Assembly: GCA_951406725.2 (NCBI GenBank)
Contig: OX597821.1
Coordinates: 8,184,001-8,248,000 of the forward strand
Direction: 5' to 3'
Source of the DNA: Octopus vulgaris
Lineage: Eukaryota
Length of the DNA stretch: 64,000 nt
Shown here: positions 56,946 through 64,000 of the stretch, one piece after another
How the letters are laid out: every line of letters begins with the position of its first letter
Position numbering within the stretch: position 1 is the first letter of the stretch
Notes under the pieces: generated by a model
What the model saw: the letters and a program-made list of their open reading frames with translations, nothing else
What the model was told of the DNA's origin: nothing
The model's database searches: none
Made by a program: the position numbers and the translations under genes

Positions 56946-57567
56946 TGGCTAATAAGTCGGCATTACAATATCAAAACTGCCGACAAGTGGTATAATCACC
57001 ACCCTGAGGCTGTAACTGAAGGAGAAAATGTAACCATTCTGTGGGACTTTCCAGTACATACAGACCGAACCATCAAGGCCAATAAACCAGATATTGTTGT
57101 GAAAGACCAAAACAATAAAGTTTGCTTATTGATCGACATGAGCATCCCCTGTGATCATAATATCTCAGCGAAAGAGTTTGACAAGCTCAGAAAATATAAA
57201 GACCTACTCATTGAAATTGAGAAAATGTGGCATCTCAAGGCGGTTACAATACCAGTGATCGTAGGAGCACTAGGAATGATCAAGAAGGGAACCGAAAAGT
57301 ATATGAGAATGATCCCTGGCTTACCATCCCTGCAAGAAGTGCAAAAGATTGTCTTAACTGGTACATCACACATATTGAGAAGAGCATTGTCGATGTGAGA
57401 ACTGTTACTGCTCATGTATTTTAATTTAACTTAAAAAAAAAAAAAAAAATGAACGAACTATTGAGTTTGGTTTAATGGCCTACCAATGTATACTATGAGT
57501 TTCTTTGTCCTAGGAGTCGGGAAGACACTCGGCAAGAAATGGAAGCAAATTTGAAAGAAGAAAAAAA

Positions 57568-57569
<2 letters not shown>
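56945..57569 (+). mobile_element. R4/Dong-like LINE 3' end (RLE domain) inserted in (TAA)n
   Basis: Open frame ILWDFPVHTDRTIKANKPDIVV..IDMSIP..KLRKYKDL..IPVIVGALG; (TAA)n on both sides. Confidence 0.88.
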
Positions 57570-57608
<39 letters not shown>

Positions 57609-57609
<1 letters not shown>

Positions 57610-58163
57610 CCCTGATGCAGTACCAGGCAGTGGCTCTCATGGCTTCTGATCTTAACTGATTGGAAGTGTTATCATGTACATTGTTTTGTCTTGGTATAAA
57701 AGATGGGCTACAGCAAATATTCTGCTCAATACCACAGATTTGCTTGTCAGTTGTTTGACCTTAACCAGTTGAGCATGTCCCTTAGAGGCTGACGATATGT
57801 GCATCTCTGATCACAAGCAGAAGTAGTGGGGGGAGCATCATAGCCATGTGTTGAGAGGGATTCTTTGGGGTTTGAATAATTCACCTCTGGAAACATGGGT
57901 GTTTCGTTCAACATCCTTAAACAATCCTTATTCAGGGACCTTTTGTGCGGGATGGGCTACTCAACCTGAAGAAAATTCTAACTGGGCCCCACCTGCAAGG
58001 TCATGCGCTGTTTATCTTGATATGAGATCACCATGTGGCACACATATGGTTGTGATGCATGTGCCTGGTGTGCCCTTATCAGACGGGTAGTCATGATGAG
58101 TATATTGGGCTTCGTATATTTTACCCCAGTGTCACTTTGATGGCATGAACTGCTCTCTCACTC
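57609..58163. mobile_element. Unclassified 555-bp insertion between (TAA)n tracts
   Basis: Complex sequence with sharp borders inside (TAA)n; no recognisable ORF, TIR or tRNA head. Confidence 0.5.
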
Positions 58164-58169
58164 AATAAT

Positions 58170-58245
<76 letters not shown>

Positions 58246-58689
58246 GTTTCAAATTTTGGCACAAGCCAGCAAAATTGAGGGGAGAGCCCAAGTTAATTAT
58301 ATCGACACCAGTCCTCAACTGGTACTTATTTTATCGATCCCGAAAAGATGAAAGACAAAGCTGACCTCGGCAGAAGTAGATCTCTGATCGTAAAGGTTCG
58401 CAACTAAATTGCTCGAACAATGCTATCAAAGTTGAGATTTCGTTACTATTATAATTTAGTTTTCATTAAATCTCTTCGGTAAATAGAATTTTATCGGACA
58501 TAAACAAACTATGTGATCAATAAATCAATAAAAATAAAAATGTAGAGATACCTAAAATTTATGGTTATACTCCATAGTAAAGTTTAGTTTGAAAAACAAA
58601 CACTTCCGGTATATCAATAATTTTAGGTAATATAACTTACAACGGAAAATGTGATGGATATTGAAATCAGTATAACTAAATACTTGATT

Positions 58690-58985
58690 GTGTAGGCATA
58701 TGGCCTCGTAGTTAGAGTAGGCACATGGCCTCGTGGGTTCGAATCTCAGCCCGGGCGCTGTGTGTGTTTATGAGCGAAAAACCTAAGTTCCACGCGGCTC
58801 CGGCAGAAGGTAATGGCGAACTTCTGCTGACTCTTTCGCCACAACTTTCTCTCACTCTTTCCTCCTGCATCTTGCAGCTCACCTGCGACGGACCGGCGTC
58901 CCGTCCAGGTGGAGAACCTATACGCCAAGGAAACCGGGAAACCGGCCCTTATGTGCCAGGCGTGGCTCGAGAAGGAACAAACAAC
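58690..58985 (+). mobile_element. SINE sharing head/body with family B but with a different 3' tail
   Basis: B box GGTTCGAATC; TSD AAATACTTGATT at 58678-58689 and 58986-58997. Confidence 0.8.
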
Positions 58986-59248
58986 AAATACTTGATTAAT
59001 GTTATAAGCCTAGCAGTAGTGTTTTTAAATACAATTTCACAATGTGTAAACGATCGAACCCTTTTTAATGTCCACGATGTGGTGTTTAATCATATTAGGT
59101 GTTTACAACTGACTCATGTGTCTAATAAATTGGATTAAACGCTGTGACAGCTAATAATGTATAGATTTAGAAAAATTGTAAAATAAATTCTGAATCAAAT
59201 GGTAAATAAATGGAGTCAATTTGTTTTATTTATAAACGTCTAAATTAA

Positions 59249-59500
59249 TAATAATAATAATAATGTTCGTCCTTCGGTTCGAAGATGACCAACTGACATC
59301 ATCTGATGGAACTGGCGCCATGAGACCGGAGGTGGCTGGTGAGGCCAATCCGGGCAAGGAAGCCCCTCCCACAGGTGGGGCAGAAGTGGGTAGGGGCCGT
59401 GCTACTGGTGCAGGCGGCTCTGGCTTTACGCATCTGACGTTTCTGCTCCGCTGACCGAATCCGTCCCTCCTCGGCTGTCCCTGCTCCCACGGTGATTGCG
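59249..59500 (-). mobile_element. RTE LINE extreme 3' fragment with (ATT)n tail
   Basis: CPTCGRGFLARIGLTSHLRSH; TSD CTAAATTAA at 59240-59248 and 59501-59509. Confidence 0.85.
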
Positions 59501-61246
59501 CTAAATTAAACTGTGATTGATGTATTAATTTTTCCTTTCCCTGTATGGGATAAGTAATTAATTCAAAGACGTGTGTGAAAGTCATTAGAAGGATGTAATA
59601 ATCGGACTAAGTCTCCGAGTGAAATGGAATATGTGGAGTTCTAACTTTATGGTTACATGTCGCGCACTTTAATCCTTTGTCTGTCTAAAGCAGTTTCACA
59701 AGTTAGTTACAAACGTCCATGCTTGTTTTCAGACTTTTAGTCAGGCCTGTTCTAAGTAATATAACGCTTTCCTTCCATAAGTCGCATATTACTCTGGGAC
59801 TCGGTAAAGCTTGGTAATGTGTATCTTATATGATGCACTGACGTCAGGGAACTACGTCATGTGTAGCACATGTGACAGACACTTTATAACCATGAATAAA
59901 TAGGTATTCATAAACGCACATATATGTGCGTATGTATGTATGTATATATGTACACGCATAGACATTTGACTCGCTGTCTCAATCAAAGGCATTTGACTCG
60001 TCATCTCTATCAGATCGGTCAACGTAAAACACGCACCAGATACTGAGCAAGATTAAAAAGACCGTTAGCTTCGAACGATCCATACTTCCTGTGAATAATA
60101 TTTTATCATAAAAAGGCTATGTAGAATCATCGTTATGCTTGTGGGGAGACTATTTCGATGGCATTACTTTGGCTACCAAGACTGGAGGTGCAATCTATTT
60201 TCAAGAATCTACCAACAATAAGATTTTCCAATTTATGGAAGCTACAAAAACATTTAACAATAGAAATATTTAACCGTTCTTCATTTGAATTTATCGTTTC
60301 CTTTTCTTCTCTATAGTATTTTGTTTCTTCTTTTATATAAGAGGTATTATAAACCTTCCTCGGTGTGTGATGACTTACCAGACTTACGATAAGCACTAAA
60401 ACTGATTAATATTTAGTCTACCATGGGAGTCACCGCATAAGTAAAACAAAATTACATTTTGAATTAGAAGTAGCTCTAATAATGTAAATATTATCGGCGA
60501 TAATTCTGCAGCTAATAAACATAGAAACAACACACATAGATTGAATATGTGACATCGGTAATGTAAACAAAAACAAAGCCTGGACTTAGTCGAACATGAA
60601 CGCAATTCATGCGTGCACAAGATATTGTATTACGGAAAATATAATTAAAATAACATGGCAGTCATTCTCGAAACATATGACTCGATTATTAGCCTCGGTA
60701 CTTGAAGAATATCAAAAGGAATTTAAACATAACGTAACAGCTGTCAAACTATTGTCAGTCGTATCGATACATATCAATAATCAAAGATAGCTTGAACTAA
60801 GTGGAAGCAAATAAATTATCTGCACACGAACCGAAATGTAAGTTAAGTAAGACCCCTGTTATATTATTGATTTATGTAATCTGTGCTTGTGTAACATAAT
60901 CATAAAAGCTTACTGTTATTGATAATTACGCTCATTAGGTTAATCGGTCAATTAATTTCTGCAGTTATTTTCTATTTCCGTAGATGTGCATTTTAACGAA
61001 ATTGACTGCATTTATATTTGGAATAATGATAATAATAATGGTTTCAAATTTTGACACAAGGCCAACAGTTATATCGACCCAAGTGCTCAACTAGTACTTA
61101 TTGTATCGACCCCGAAAGGATGAAAAGCAAAGTTGACCTCGGCGGAATTCAAACCTAGAACGTTAAGACAGACGAAATAAGCTTAAAAATTATACCTGGA
61201 TTCTAAAATAAAGTAATTACGGTACCCCTATATTGACATACAGTTC

Positions 61247-61558
61247 TGTTGTATAGTGAAACAACTGTATGCCCTTCACGGTAAAAAGTGGTAGGATAGA
61301 GTCATTATAAATAGATTAATAGCTGGTCGTCAAGAGAGGGTCGAGACTCGGAGAGTTGGGAGTTGACAGTTCTAGTCGGTCTGTTGTGGAGCTATCAGCG
61401 ATAGTAAGGCAGAAGACGTTAGTCTATAACTATTACGGTACGAAGAGATACAACAGTATCTAATGACTAGTAACTATTGTGGCTACTAGCGTAAAACAGC
61501 AACTACAGTACAACGGCATTCACACATCACACCAGGGGGAGGAAATCACTTTACAACA
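61247..61558 (+). repeat. 5' LTR of Gypsy element
   Basis: TGTTGTA...TACAACA inverted ends, followed by PBS-like GTGTCGACGAGGA (61559-61571). Confidence 0.75.
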
Positions 61559-64000
61559 GTGTCGACGAGGAAAAACAAATTTACGCGGAGTGAAAAAAAC
61601 ATTCACACGGAGAGTTTAAACTAATTCCCGTGGAAATTTAAATAACTCGACAAAAAAAAAAGCAACAAAAATCTTGTGTTGCAAACTTACGAAAATCGTA
61701 AAATATGGAAGATTTGTTAGCTGGAGTAGTTGAGTTGCAAAAAGAGCAACAACAACAACTCAAGGAACAACGAAGGCAACAACAAGGATTGCAGCAGCCA
61801 ATGTTACAAGTAATGAAATTGGCAACCAAACCGGAGAATGCGTTTTCACCTGACCATGTAGTAAATTCCATAAGTGAACTCAAATACGACCTCGAAGAAG
61901 GAGTAACCTTCGCGGATTACTTTCGAAAATTTCATAAAATTTTTGAAATGTCAGGATTGGACGGACGAAATGAAAACGCATCTAGTTTTAAGAAAACTAG
62001 CGACAACAGAGCATGAGAAATAGTAACTTCATATTGCCCCACCTCCCACAAAAAAGGAAAGCGTCCGACATAAATCTCATCGATACAGTTGACATTTTGT
62101 GCAAAATGTTTAGTGAAAAGGGCTCACTGTTTGATACCAGATGGAACTGTTTAAGCATAGAAAAGTGTCAACTAAGAATGTGAGAGATTTAGGATGGATA
62201 TGCTTACTCCAGATACTTTCAAGTGTTTGATTTTTGCTCAAGGATTGACAGACAAAAAGGATGCAGAAATCCGAACGAAAAAATCTAGCAAAACTGGAAA
62301 TGAACCTGGATTTCACATTGCAGAAACTGTCGGAAGAGTGTGACAGGATATTAAAATTAAGGCATGACACGGAAGAAATTCAATGGAAACAGTGTTTTCA
62401 CATAAGACCAGTGCAAAAGAGTTGGAAAACAGTGTTGCAGGAAAAACAGAAAAATATCGGTATGTAGACCCATGTATGACATGTGGTGGGATGCACCTGA
62501 AAAAGGATTGTCCGTATAAAAAAGCAAAGCGTTTTCGCTGCGGATTTACTGGGTATATAAAATCGCATAGCAAAACTAGAATGATAGGAAAATGAAACAA
62601 AGAAAAAAAGTTTGTCAGTAGGAAGAGTTGTGACTACAACAGAAGATTCGTGAATGTGAGAATTGAAACCACTAGTGTCAGAATGTAATTAGACACGGAA
62701 AATGACACCACAATCATAAATGAGAAAACATGGGAACAAATGGGTAAATCGCAATTACGTAGTCCAAACAAAATAGCGTTTGATGTTACGGGAAGAAAAT
62801 TATATTTCACGGGTGAACGCGTTTGTAATATAATGTTCAAAGGTCGAACCAAAAAACTGAATGTTTACGTGTTGAAAAAATCCATGAATTTATTTGGCAG
62901 CGAATGTATGGAGAAATTTAATTTATGGAATACACCCATTAGCGTTTTGCGCAATAACGTAAACGGAGCAGTCAAACGAACGAACGAGGTCGATGAACTG
63001 GGACAAAAGAATGGAAGGAACGTTCCCAAAAGATTTTCCGGAAGGTTTAGGCTGTTGCACAAAAACAGAAGCAAGGATTGCTATCAAAGAAAATTCAACA
63101 CCTATTTTCAGGTCCAAACGGAACGTGCCATTTGCGGCGGTAGACCAGGACAATAAAGAACTAGAAAGTTTGGAAAGCCTGAATATAATTGAAAATATTG
63201 ATCATGCAGCCTGGGTAGCACCGGCGGTCTACGTAAAAAAACCCTGGAAAAAACCTAAGAGTGTGCGCAGACTTCTCAACCGGATTAAGTGACTGTTTAC
63301 TCACACACAATAATCCACTTCCAAGCCCAGAAGTATTTACTAAACTAAATGGAGGGAAAATTTTCTCGAAATTAGACCTCTCAGAGGCGTACCTTCAAAT
63401 TCAATTAGGATAAGATTACACACATCCAGAACAATCACCGTGGATTGTACAAGTTCAAATGATTACCATTTGGAGTATAAGTGGCACCCGCTTTATTCCA
63501 ACAAATAATGAATGCGATGGTAAGTAATTGCGACTTCACCATCGCATACCTCGATGACGTTTTGATAAAGAGCGAGTCTTGGGTGAAACACGTCGAATAC
63601 ATAAAGAAAGTATTGGAGAGAATAAGTGGATATGGGCTAAAACTGACAGAAGCAAAATGCGAATCTTTGATAGAAAAGAATAAAATACCTAGGTCAAGTA
63701 ATCGACGAAAGTGGACGCAGACCAGACCCATCAAGGGCGACGGCAATACGAAATATGCCGACTCCGACGAACATGACAATGTAACAAGCATTCCTAGGCT
63801 TGGCAAATTGTTACTAAGTGAAGATCCTAAATATGCATAAGGTAAAGGTACCACTTAATCACTAAAACAAATACCAAATGGGTTTGAAGAGAGAAAGCAT
63901 GTAACGAGTTAAAAGATGTGTTAACTTCAAAATTGTATCTTACTCATTCTGACCCAAAGTTAGAGATAATTCTAGCTACAGATTCTAGCGAGTATGTGAT
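61559..64000 (+). mobile_element. Ty3/Gypsy LTR retrotransposon (Mag/K02A2.6-like), decayed gag-pol, continues beyond the window
   Basis: Zinc knuckle CMTCGGMHLKKDC, protease LDT(E) at about 62689, RT FSKLDLSEAYLQI and AYLDDVLI, RNase H start IILATDSS; many frameshifts. Confidence 0.9.

Overview
Eukaryotic, AT-rich, microsatellite-saturated DNA, probably a cephalopod (Octopus-like); this is inferred from the tRNA-Arg-headed SINEs and repeat make-up, not proven. Nearly all ORFs in the supplied track are microsatellite artefacts. One real host gene is visible: the first two coding exons of a monoamine oxidase (MAO-A/B-like flavin amine oxidase) on + at 24181-24229 and 55867-55961, separated by a 31.6-kb intron. 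The rest is a nested transposon landscape: several tRNA-derived SINE families, RTE LINEs, restriction-like-endonuclease (R4/Dong-type) LINEs sitting in (TAA)n and (TACA)n microsatellites, four Penelope-like (PLE) remnants, mariner/hAT/pogo/MULE/Helitron relics, and a decayed Gypsy element running off the right end. The most striking signal is non-coding. Short 200-500 bp elements wedged mostly into (TA)n tracts carry about 14 hand-folded type I hammerhead ribozyme (HHR) motifs from about 9 sequence-unrelated families. Most have palindromic or near-palindromic helix III, one family has a U3-A8 core covariation plus circular permutation (retrozyme/PLE-pLTR-like), and those inside the MAO intron are mostly antisense to the gene. 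All folds were done by eye; ribozyme activity is untested.
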